Shown: positions 19,978 to 28,048 of the stretch, one piece after another
How the letters are laid out: the number at the start of each line of letters is the position of its first letter
Numbering within the stretch: position 1 is the first letter of the stretch
Origin: Candidatus Levyibacteriota bacterium
Lineage (GTDB): Bacteria > Patescibacteriota > Microgenomatia > Levybacterales > UBA12049
Length of the DNA stretch: 64,000 bases
Assembly (NCBI GenBank): GCA_963716145.1
Contig: OY970292.1
Span: 965,404 to 1,029,403, forward strand
Direction: 5' to 3'
The notes under the pieces: generated by a model
What the model was told of the DNA's origin: nothing
The model's database searches: none
What the model saw: the letters and a program-made list of their open reading frames with translations, nothing else
Made by a program: the position numbers and the translations under genes

Positions 19978-21468
19978 ATGTTTTGGGCAGATGAATTATT
20001 AAAAAATAGAAATACAAAAGAGTTGATTAATGACTCATGGACTCCATCAGGCATTGTTCATATGGGATCATTAAAAGGTCCTGTTATTCATGATGTCCTA
20101 TACCGTATCCTCAAAGAAAAGAATGCAGACGTAAAATATATTTATGGATTTGATGATGCAGACCCAATTGATGGTCTTTCTCCGGATTTAACTGAGTCTC
20201 ATTCAAAATACTTGGGAGTTCCTATTTCTGTCGCGCCACCGCCTGATGGCAATGGATCATTTAGCGATTACTTCAGCAGTAAAATGAAAAATCTTTTTGA
20301 AGCTTTGGGAATTGATGCTGAGATTTACAAAACAAGCGAACTGTATAAAAACGGAAAATTTAACGAAGCAATAAAGTATGTTTTGGATCATGCAGAAGGG
20401 ATAAGGAAAGTTTATAGTGAAGTTTACCAAAAAGATATCTCCTCTGATTGGTTTCCTCTCCAGATAATTTGTCCCAATTGCGGTAAGTTGGGTACCACGA
20501 AAGTTACGGGGTGGGACGGAAAAGAAGTCAGTTTTGAATGTTCAAAGACTCTTGTAAAATGGGCTATTGGCTGCGGAGAGACAGGAAAAATATCACCATT
20601 TGATGGTAATGGCAAAATGCCTTGGAAAGTAGAATGGGCGGCCAAATGGTGGACATTTGGAGTCACCATTGAAGGTGCGGGTAAAGATCATGCGTCAGCT
20701 GGGGGATCCTATGATGTGGCGATGAAAATTTATAATGATGTATTTAAAAAAGAATTGCCTTTGAAATTTGCATACGAATTTTTCCTTTCAGGCGGAAAAA
20801 AAATGTCTTCCTCAAAAGGGACAGGCTTAACAGGGGAAGATTTATTGGAAGCTTTACCTCCCGAGATTGCAAAATTTCTGATGATACGAACAGAGCCGAA
20901 CCGCGCGGTTGAGTTTACACCAAAAGAAACATTGGTAATTCCTGTTTTATTCGATGAGTATCAAAAAGCCGCTGATGCGTATTTCAATAAAACAGACGAA
21001 GATTTGGCCCGCGTGTTTGAACTATCCCAAATAGACGAAGTTAAAAAACCTCCAGCGGCCCGCTTTTCCGTACTTGCCCAATGGGTGCAAATGCCTAACA
21101 TGGCTGATAAAATAAAAGAAGAAGGTCTTTCCGAATGGGTGGAGTATACAAAAGTTTGGCTTGAGAAATATGCTCCGGAATCGGAAAAGTTTGCAGTAAA
21201 ACAAAGTTTACCTGATTCAGCAAAAAATCTGTCTGAGAAGCAAAAAGATTTATTAAAAAAAATTGCTTCAGAAATTGATAAGGCAAAAGACGCGGAAGAA
21301 TTTCAAACTAAGATTTATGAAATTGGCAAAGAGCTGGGATTAAATGGTAAAGAAGCTTTCGCGGCAATATATTTGTCATTAATCGGAAAAGATCATGGTC
21401 CAAAAGCCGCGTGGTTAATTTTATCTTTGGACAAAGAATTTATAAAAAAAAGATTTCAGGAAGTTTAG
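19978..21468 (+). CDS. lysK: lysine--tRNA ligase, class I (archaeal-type LysRS)
   Basis: Class I fold with a HIGH-like element (SGIVHMGS) and KMSKS-like KMSSSKG. Length of ~500 aa is typical of class I LysRS. Sits directly after the lysine-biosynthesis operon. Confidence 0.85.
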   Translation: MFWADELLKNRNTKELINDSWTPSGIVHMGSLKGPVIHDVLYRILKEKNADVKYIYGFDDADPIDGLSPDLTESHSKYLGVPISVAPPPDGNGSFSDYFSSKMKNLFEALGIDAEIYKTSELYKNGKFNEAIKYVLDHAEGIRKVYSEVYQKDISSDWFPLQIICPNCGKLGTTKVTGWDGKEVSFECSKTLVKWAIGCGETGKISPFDGNGKMPWKVEWAAKWWTFGVTIEGAGKDHASAGGSYDVAMKIYNDVFKKELPLKFAYEFFLSGGKKMSSSKGTGLTGEDLLEALPPEIAKFLMIRTEPNRAVEFTPKETLVIPVLFDEYQKAADAYFNKTDEDLARVFELSQIDEVKKPPAARFSVLAQWVQMPNMADKIKEEGLSEWVEYTKVWLEKYAPESEKFAVKQSLPDSAKNLSEKQKDLLKKIASEIDKAKDAEEFQTKIYEIGKELGLNGKEAFAAIYLSLIGKDHGPKAAWLILSLDKEFIKKRFQEV

Positions 21469-21476
21469 TTTACCTC

Positions 21477-22073
21477 ATGAAAAAGCTACTGATCGCTACT
21501 TTTAACAAGGGAAAACTCGAAGATTATAAATCTTTTCTAAAAGACTTACCGCTTAAATTAATTACCCTTGATAATGTGGGGATTACGAAGGACTTTGAAG
21601 AAGTTCATGAGACATTTGAAGAAAACGCCCGGGCAAAAGCTGAATTTTATGCAAAACTTTCAGGTCTTCCAACTCTTGCAGATGATAGCGGAGTTGAAAT
21701 TGCGTTTTACCAAATGACACCAGGAGTTCATACCAAAAGATGGGATGGAGTTGGAAAAAACGATGAACACTACCAAAAGTTTATCTTAGAAAAAATAAAA
21801 ACTATTCCAAAAGATCAAAGACAAGCTCAGTTGCGTGCTGTATTGGCATTGTCAATTTATAGTAAAACTCATATGAGCGAAGGCATTATTAAAGGAATTT
21901 TGACAGAGAAAATTTATCCTCATTCAGACACTCATGGATATCCCTGGAATCGCGTTTTTATAATACCAAAATTAAACAAGTACTACGAGGAACTTACTGA
22001 TGCGGAAAATTATAAATATAACCACCGCCGAGTAGCTCTGGAAAAACTCAAGCAATCCCTCAGAAAAGTTTAG
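21477..22073 (+). CDS. rdgB: non-canonical purine NTP pyrophosphatase (RdgB/Ham1/ITPase family)
   Basis: MKKLLIATFNKGKLEDY… is a Ham1-family N-terminus. Internal in-frame Met chosen as start. Confidence 0.7.
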   Translation: MKKLLIATFNKGKLEDYKSFLKDLPLKLITLDNVGITKDFEEVHETFEENARAKAEFYAKLSGLPTLADDSGVEIAFYQMTPGVHTKRWDGVGKNDEHYQKFILEKIKTIPKDQRQAQLRAVLALSIYSKTHMSEGIIKGILTEKIYPHSDTHGYPWNRVFIIPKLNKYYEELTDAENYKYNHRRVALEKLKQSLRKV

Positions 22074-22172
22074 CATTTTGTCTATTGCATTAGGCATAGG
22101 TTTATTTGATAATTAGAGTGTATAAAGCCCCGCCTACGCTAGAGTTTCGGCGGGCAAAGGAGGTGATTAATT

Positions 22173-22622
22173 ATGGCAAAAGAATCAAATAATAGTATTA
22201 TCGACACACTGGAGGATTTTTTCAAAAAAGCTCCCGCAATTCCAGCAAATGGACGTGAGGCGATTGTTAATATTACGCCAATTCTCGCAATTATTTTTGG
22301 AATAATTGGTGTTCTGACAGCTCTTTCGGGTTTTGGAATTTTAACTTTTCTTGCACCTTTTGCAGCATTAGGAGGAGCACGGGAATTTGCTTCATACGGA
22401 GGCGTACAGATATCAATGATATTTTATCTGGTTGCATCGGCTATGCTTTTAATGTCTTATCCCGGTGTTAAGGCACGTAAGCTTTCAGGGTGGAATTTAC
22501 TTTTTTGGAGTGAAGTAGTAAATATTGTAAGCTCAGTTATATCAGGTTCAATCTTGAACGGAGTAATAGCAGCGCTTATAGGATTTTATTTATTGTTCCA
22601 GATAAAATCTTACTATAAGTAA
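22173..22622 (+). CDS. small integral membrane protein (about four TM helices), hypothetical
   Basis: 149 aa, highly hydrophobic. Strong Shine-Dalgarno (aaggaggtg) 8 nt upstream. Followed by an intrinsic terminator. Confidence 0.5.
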   Translation: MAKESNNSIIDTLEDFFKKAPAIPANGREAIVNITPILAIIFGIIGVLTALSGFGILTFLAPFAALGGAREFASYGGVQISMIFYLVASAMLLMSYPGVKARKLSGWNLLFWSEVVNIVSSVISGSILNGVIAALIGFYLLFQIKSYYK

Positions 22623-22647
22623 GTCTTATTGAATTTATTTTTGATCA

Positions 22648-22680
22648 AATCCCACCTCGGGACTGGGTGGGATTTTGTTT
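22648..22680 (+). terminator. rho-independent terminator (9-bp stem aatcccacc/ggtgggatt + U-tract)
   Basis: Perfect inverted repeat at 22648-22656 / 22666-22674, followed by ttttgtttg. Confidence 0.65.
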
Positions 22681-22722
22681 GTCAATTTTATAGCTGTTTG
22701 ATAAGATGATATATACCCTTTT

Positions 22723-23571
22723 TTGAAAATGAAAAAAATACTTTTTTTTCTTATTTTGGCAATATTTCTAGGAGTTATTTTTTTTATTCTATTTCAATAT
22801 TTAGTCAGTTCCCGTTCTCAAAAAGGAGCATTGCAAGTAACGTCTAGCCCTGAAAGTAAGGTTTATCTGAACGATAAGTATCTGGGAGACACACCTCTTT
22901 GTAAGTGTGAGTCAGAGGATATGCAAAGGTCAGGCAATTACACAATCCGACTTGTGCCAACCAATAAAAATTTATCGGAGTTTCAGGAAAAAATAAATAT
23001 AACAGATGGAGTATTGACTGTGATTGACCGAAAATTTGGTAAAGGATCTGATTCTTCCGGTAGCGTTATCGCACTGACTCCATTAAATGATAAAAAAGCA
23101 ACCGAGCTTCTTGTTGTGTCAATTCCGTCAAAATCAACAATTTTACTTGATAATAACCCGATTGGGAATACTCCAATACTTTTTAAAAATCCTACGGAAT
23201 CTGACCATGCCCTGCAAATAGTAAAGGAAGGATATGAAGAAAAAACTGTCAGAATAAGAACGCCGCTTGGATACAAGCTTACAGTTACAGTATATTTAAG
23301 TACAAGTAATGCGTTGGATACCGCCACCCAATCAGCGTCTGTTTCTCCATCCGCAACTCCAACTCCTCTGGCAAGTAAAGTTACTATTTTGGATACGCCA
23401 ACAGGATTCTTAAGAGTTCGGGAAAGCGCCTCTATTGGATCAGCAGAGATCGCCAGAGTTGCCTCGCCAGATAGCTATGAAATTTTAAGTGAGCAGCAGG
23501 GATGGTTTGAAATAAAATTGAAAGATGGAAAAATCGGCTGGATCTCAAGCCAATACGCAAGTAAGCAGTAG
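22723..23571 (+). CDS. secreted PEGA-domain protein with a C-terminal bacterial SH3 (SH3b) domain
   Basis: N-terminal TM or signal peptide. Two PEGA-like repeats (ALQVTSSPESKVYLNDKYLGDTP…; LLVVSIPSKSTILLDNNPIGNTP…). C-terminal GFLRVRESASIGSAEIARVASPDSYEILSEQQGWFEIKLKDGKIGWIS is SH3b-like. Confidence 0.6.
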   Translation: MKMKKILFFLILAIFLGVIFFILFQYLVSSRSQKGALQVTSSPESKVYLNDKYLGDTPLCKCESEDMQRSGNYTIRLVPTNKNLSEFQEKINITDGVLTVIDRKFGKGSDSSGSVIALTPLNDKKATELLVVSIPSKSTILLDNNPIGNTPILFKNPTESDHALQIVKEGYEEKTVRIRTPLGYKLTVTVYLSTSNALDTATQSASVSPSATPTPLASKVTILDTPTGFLRVRESASIGSAEIARVASPDSYEILSEQQGWFEIKLKDGKIGWISSQYASKQ

Positions 23572-23621
23572 GCTTAATTTTCTCCTTTAAGAAAACATGC
23601 GTATTTGATATACTACCCGTC

Positions 23622-24152
23622 ATGGGAATTTCTGAAGGCGATCCACAGAGCAGGTTTAGAGGAAGGTTTCGGCGTGGTATTAATCCACTTAAAAAATGGA
23701 GAAAAGACTTTGGTCCTAGACTTGAAGAGCATGAAAGAGAAAAAAGATACGGAATTATGGCTGGAGATTTAACGACAGACGTTTTTATTGGAATAGTTGC
23801 TGTTTACGATAGCGTTGCAGGCACCAACAAAGCAGAATATTACAGAACCCACCCAGCTGAAGTAGAGCTTAAGATAAAACCAGTACTCCAAGGTCTAATA
23901 ATCAGTGGAGACGCAGATTGGAGGTTTAAATCTAGTTTATCAGAAAATTCAAAATTAAGTATAATGCCTGCTGGTCTGACAGAAGGTGGCGATAGGCTAT
24001 TAAAATTTAATTTTGAACCACAAGAAGATACTGAAAACGGGGATAGCGAAGAAGGGAAAGATATGCAGGCAATATTTAGAAGTAGGTTAGAGAAATATCT
24101 TTCTGAGCAGGGACTTGCAGTTGAGTTAAGATATCCCCATACTCTTGGATAG
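23622..24152 (+). CDS. hypothetical protein
   Basis: 176-aa ORF with no recognisable motif; the true start may be the internal Met at ~23757. Confidence 0.3.
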   Translation: MGISEGDPQSRFRGRFRRGINPLKKWRKDFGPRLEEHEREKRYGIMAGDLTTDVFIGIVAVYDSVAGTNKAEYYRTHPAEVELKIKPVLQGLIISGDADWRFKSSLSENSKLSIMPAGLTEGGDRLLKFNFEPQEDTENGDSEEGKDMQAIFRSRLEKYLSEQGLAVELRYPHTLG

Positions 24153-24182
24153 AGATTGCTAAGTGAGTTGAGAATGAATATT

Positions 24183-25133
24183 TCAGGCCTTGATGAAGTA
24201 GATTATAAATACAACCAGCAATGCCCATATGACCACGGCTGTAAGTAGGGCGCGGTCTGAGAATAGGACTCGCTCAGGTGACTCTCCCTCATGTTTTTCA
24301 TAAATCCGCTGCAGATAACGCATAATCCCATATACAACGGGAATTATTGTGATCATCAGCCATTTTCGCTGTAGATAAGTGCCCAAAATATCGGCCGGAA
24401 TTAGATCGGTTGTAAATTGGCGTCCCTTTGGATTCTCAAGAAACGTAAATAACGAATAAAAGACAAAGGCACTCGTTGCAAAAATGGAGAGGTAAACATC
24501 CAAAAGCTTTTCTGTATAATGCGATAGAGTTTTGCGAGTTGTTGAGATTTGTGCTGCGGTAGCTCCGGCAAGAAGCGTTAGCTCTGAACGCCTTTTTCCA
24601 ATAGCCAGAAAAAGCGATAGGGCAATTGTTGTCAAAAGAAGCCATGCTGAGATATGAAAACCGCTTACAGCCTCTCCGGCAAGAACACGCAGAATATAGC
24701 CTCCTGCAAGCGTTAGGATATCTACAATTTCAATTTGTTTGAGAAGCGCCGAATAAGCAACATGCAGCAGGAAGTAAACAACGGTAATTATAAAAAAAGT
24801 AGGAGCAATTAAGAAACTTAAATAAAATGAACTAAGTGTCAATATTAAAGCAATAATTGTAGCTGTTTTTATGGAAATATTTTGATTAGCAAGAGGACGG
24901 AATTTTTTAAATGGATGAAGTCTATCTTTCTTAACATCAAAAATATCATTTATTACATAAATAGCGCTACTCATAGCGCAAAAAACAATAAATCCATAAG
25001 AAACTTCTTGAATCAAGACAGGGTCAAGAAGCTGCCCGCTAAATATTAGTGCTGCAAAAATAGCAAGATTTTTAATCCATTGGCGAGGACGCAAGAGACG
25101 TAAAGTGTCACGAAATTGTTTATTCATTTTCAT
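24183..25133 (-). CDS. UbiA-family prenyltransferase, decaprenyl-phosphate phosphoribosyltransferase (DPPR synthase)-like
   Basis: RPRQWIKNLAIFAALIFSG…NDIFDVKKDRLHPFKKFRPLA matches the NDxxDxxxDRxHPxKxxRP motif of Rv3806c-type enzymes. Multi-TM. Internal Met chosen as start. Confidence 0.7.
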   Translation of the reverse strand: MKMNKQFRDTLRLLRPRQWIKNLAIFAALIFSGQLLDPVLIQEVSYGFIVFCAMSSAIYVINDIFDVKKDRLHPFKKFRPLANQNISIKTATIIALILTLSSFYLSFLIAPTFFIITVVYFLLHVAYSALLKQIEIVDILTLAGGYILRVLAGEAVSGFHISAWLLLTTIALSLFLAIGKRRSELTLLAGATAAQISTTRKTLSHYTEKLLDVYLSIFATSAFVFYSLFTFLENPKGRQFTTDLIPADILGTYLQRKWLMITIIPVVYGIMRYLQRIYEKHEGESPERVLFSDRALLTAVVIWALLVVFIIYFIKA

Positions 25134-26205
25134 TTGGATTTTCAGTAACTTTATGTAAAAAAAACAGTCCTCCTCCAGCAATTACAATTAACATTATCAA
25201 AGCAAAAACTTTACTACGGCTTGTTAAAGTTAATGAAATTAAACCTAATATAGCAGAGACACACCAATAAAACAATGCAACTTGTCTTTGGGAATAACCA
25301 AGCTTCAAAAAAATATGATGCAAATGCTTGTTATCACCTTTAAACGGTGATTTTTTATTAGCAATTCGCCTAATAATCGTAAACACAAAATCGACAAGCG
25401 GTACACCCATAACGAGCACTGCGGTTGCCAATTTGGCACTGGACAAAATTGAAACAATTCCCAAAAGCAGATATATAGTTGTCGCTCCATATCCAGGGAA
25501 AATTTTGGCTGGATAAAAATTGTGGATAAGAAATCCAATTGCTGCGCCTGCAATAATAAAGGATAATTTTACGTCTAAGAATCCAGTCCCGGCACCGGTT
25601 GGATTAAGCCTAAGGCTTAGTAAGCCGATTACAATTGCTGATATCGCAACAATGCCGGGCATTTGTCCGTCAACTCCTTTACTCCAATTTATCATGTTCA
25701 TTACCCAGATAAGCCAGAGAACTGATAATACATCAGAAAGAAGAAAATTAAAGATTGGAAGCCTCATAGCATCAAGATGTAAGATTCCACCCCCAAACGG
25801 ATTGGTGATAAAGTGGATACTTACACCACTCCCGACAACAATGACTGCCGTCGCAATATTTATTAAAAGACGCAGGTATGGTGAAACATCCCGAGATTTA
25901 GAATTTAATTTATCGTCAACCACTCCAATAAGAAGAGCAAGAAAAGAAGCAAAAAAGAGCGCGATTGTAATACTGGTTTTTGGCAGAAAAATAATTCCCG
26001 CAATGAGAATTCCAATAAAAAGTGGAATTCCTCCTCCACGTGGAATGGGTTTGGTGTGTATCATTGCGGGATGTTTATGAAGTTTGGGATCATCAACTAT
26101 CCTAAGTTTTTTAAGAAAAAAAATAGCTATCGGGGTTGCAAGAGCTGTTCCGGTGAGCGCGGTTAAAAAAGGTAAAATAAAGAAATCGTTTGGAAAATTC
26201 ATCAC
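25120..26205 (-). CDS. glycosyltransferase family 4, WecA/MraY-like polyprenyl-phosphate hexose/HexNAc-1-phosphate transferase
   Basis: Polytopic, with a DD motif (VVDDKLNS), NMINWSKGVDGQMPG (≈NxxNxxDGxDGL) and …HNFYPAKIFPGYGATTIYLLG…. Confidence 0.7.
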   Translation of the reverse strand: MMNFPNDFFILPFLTALTGTALATPIAIFFLKKLRIVDDPKLHKHPAMIHTKPIPRGGGIPLFIGILIAGIIFLPKTSITIALFFASFLALLIGVVDDKLNSKSRDVSPYLRLLINIATAVIVVGSGVSIHFITNPFGGGILHLDAMRLPIFNFLLSDVLSVLWLIWVMNMINWSKGVDGQMPGIVAISAIVIGLLSLRLNPTGAGTGFLDVKLSFIIAGAAIGFLIHNFYPAKIFPGYGATTIYLLLGIVSILSSAKLATAVLVMGVPLVDFVFTIIRRIANKKSPFKGDNKHLHHIFLKLGYSQRQVALFYWCVSAILGLISLTLTSRSKVFALIMLIVIAGGGLFFLHKVTENPNENE

Positions 26206-26555
26206 ACTAGCAAATATATAGTTCTTATTATAAAAATAAATGAAAGAATAGACGCCAAAAATGTAGTAATGCTAAGTATACGGGAAAGAAGAGGAGTCTT
26301 TTCATATAAGCGGGTTGATACTAAAAAATTAAAACTTAGAAATACAATTGTGAGAAAAACAGGAAGGAATATTGCGGGTTTAATTCCAAGTCTTTTTTCT
26401 CCCCAAGGCATCTGATTGAAAAGGGGCAATAGAGGGGGAAGAGAAAAGTAGAAAATTCCAATTGATATAATTTCCAGTATTAAAAAAATACCTGAAATAA
26501 TCAAGCACCACCTAGTAATTTTATCTTCAAAAGATAATTTAATAGTTCCGCTCAT
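26202..26555 (-). CDS. small hydrophobic membrane protein, hypothetical
   Basis: ORF in a minus-strand gene string. Start trimmed to an internal Met to limit overlap with the upstream gene. Confidence 0.35.
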   Translation of the reverse strand: MSGTIKLSFEDKITRWCLIISGIFLILEIISIGIFYFSLPPLLPLFNQMPWGEKRLGIKPAIFLPVFLTIVFLSFNFLVSTRLYEKTPLLSRILSITTFLASILSFIFIIRTIYLLV

Positions 26556-28047
26556 AAAAAACAACGTCTTTAAAAACAAATTTAGTACTATACATTGACA
26601 GGTGGAATGGAAAAGGGCGAGATTCCGGTAAGGTAATAACATATTTAGGTTTTGCCAAATTTAGGGCTGTTTGGGTTTGCTCAAGCCCTCCTTTATATTG
26701 TCCTATGTGGTACGAAACAGCATATTTACCGGGAGGAAGCTTTTCAGAAAGCGCATAAATTTGTGCGGTATCGCCCCAGAGGAATACATTGTCTGCGGAG
26801 CTAGTGTGTGTTTTGATGAATGAAGCAATCTCATAGTCCCTAGGGGTTTTTTGGTCAAAAAATGATTGGTAGGAAATTACATCCTTCTTATTCATTAAGA
26901 AAGACAGGGCATTTTCGTAATAACGGAGTGATTTATTTAGGTTAGGTTTAAAAACTGAGCTAAGTAGAATTATTGTACAAACAAGCGTTAGCAAATAAAT
27001 AGATTTATCCCGCTTTTTGTTTGTTGCCGACAGCAGTCCTACCAAAAGGCATAGGCTAGGTACTGTTACAAGGGTATAGTGTGTATAAGGACGTCCTGAG
27101 AAGAAAGTATTGAAAAGGGAAAAAACGAGCCACAGTAGAACAAACATAAAAGCTTTGTTTAGTTGTTTTCTTCTCCAAAAAATAATCAAAACAGCTGTGC
27201 TCAAAAGAGCTAGCTTGAGTATCAAAAGCCCCTGTGGAATAATTAGTTTATTACCATAACCAACATATCCGACGTTTGAGAAAAATACCGCTGTCGTGAA
27301 ATCCGAAAATGCATGATTGAATAGAAAATATAAAAAAGTAATAATAATTGGAAATATAAATCCTAAAAATATTGGGTGGATAGGCTTTATTTCATTTTTT
27401 AAAAATGATTTTAGTTTAGAAAAATTACTTGGTAATTTATCCGGAGCATTAATAATAATTATAAAAATACAAAATGCGGCAAGATCAAATACAGCAACGA
27501 TTTTAAATAAAAATGCAATTCCTAGAAGAAAACCGGCAGCAGGAAGAATTAAGAATTTAGAATTAAGAATTAAGAATTGACGTTTAGAACTTAGAGAATA
27601 TACGAGTAATCCGGCTGTTGTAGTAAGTGGGAGCATAAAGTTCTCAGCGTTTGCAATATTTCCTTCCAGAATTGGAGTAGCAAATAGCAAAACAAAAAAC
27701 AGTGTTGAAATTATACTTGCTTTTAATTGTTTAAAGAGCAGTAGAGTAAGATAGAAAAATGACCATATGGCGAGAACCCCGCTAATTAAGGAAAAAAGCC
27801 TTACCTGAAATTGATCACCGTGAAAAAGGGAATAGACTATGTAAAGAAGTGGTGGTTTATTATCCCAAATTTGAACATACAGTAAACGGCCTTTATTTAT
27901 GGCAATCCCCAAAACCTGATAGATTCCTTCATCGCCATACCAGTTAGGTTCTATAAGGGAGGGAAGTCGAAGGAGGAAGAATATAAATGATAGCCCCAAT
28001 ATATACCAGAATGTTTTGTTTCTTTCTAATTTGGCAAGTATTTTCAT
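26539..28047 (-). CDS. GT39/GT83-like (ArnT/PMT-type) polyprenyl-phosphate-sugar-dependent membrane glycosyltransferase
   Basis: 502 aa with ≥10 TM helices and an N-terminal periplasmic-loop acidic motif (NWYGDEGIYQVLG) typical of GT-C enzymes. Contains the heptanucleotide microsatellite. Confidence 0.55.
   Translation of the reverse strand: MKILAKLERNKTFWYILGLSFIFFLLRLPSLIEPNWYGDEGIYQVLGIAINKGRLLYVQIWDNKPPLLYIVYSLFHGDQFQVRLFSLISGVLAIWSFFYLTLLLFKQLKASIISTLFFVLLFATPILEGNIANAENFMLPLTTTAGLLVYSLSSKRQFLILNSKFLILPAAGFLLGIAFLFKIVAVFDLAAFCIFIIIINAPDKLPSNFSKLKSFLKNEIKPIHPIFLGFIFPIIITFLYFLFNHAFSDFTTAVFFSNVGYVGYGNKLIIPQGLLILKLALLSTAVLIIFWRRKQLNKAFMFVLLWLVFSLFNTFFSGRPYTHYTLVTVPSLCLLVGLLSATNKKRDKSIYLLTLVCTIILLSSVFKPNLNKSLRYYENALSFLMNKKDVISYQSFFDQKTPRDYEIASFIKTHTSSADNVFLWGDTAQIYALSEKLPPGKYAVSYHIGQYKGGLEQTQTALNLAKPKYVITLPESRPFPFHLSMYSTKFVFKDVVFYERNY
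27544..27578. repeat. heptanucleotide microsatellite (AAGAATT)x5, one TAGAATT variant, inside the GT39-like coding sequence
   Basis: Units at 27544-50, 27551-57, 27558-64 (variant), 27565-71 and 27572-78. On the coding strand they encode …LILNSKFLILNSKFLIL…. Confidence 0.85.
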
Positions 28048-28048
28048 T

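Noticed and set aside
25328-26080. Plus-strand ORFs of 62 and 186 aa opposite the GT4 (WecA-like) gene
   Set aside because: They are antisense to a convincing polytopic GT4 CDS. The translation is Pro/Ile-rich with no domain signal.
27544-27578. The possibility that the heptamer tract, or the AT-rich TTTTCAA arrays, are CRISPR arrays
   Set aside because: Units are 7 nt or irregular, directly tandem with no spacers, and no cas genes are present. They are microsatellite or low-complexity repeats.
27317-27580. 87-aa plus-strand ORF spanning the heptamer repeat
   Set aside because: It is antisense to the GT39-like CDS and its reading frame is generated by the repeat itself (…NLELRIKN…).
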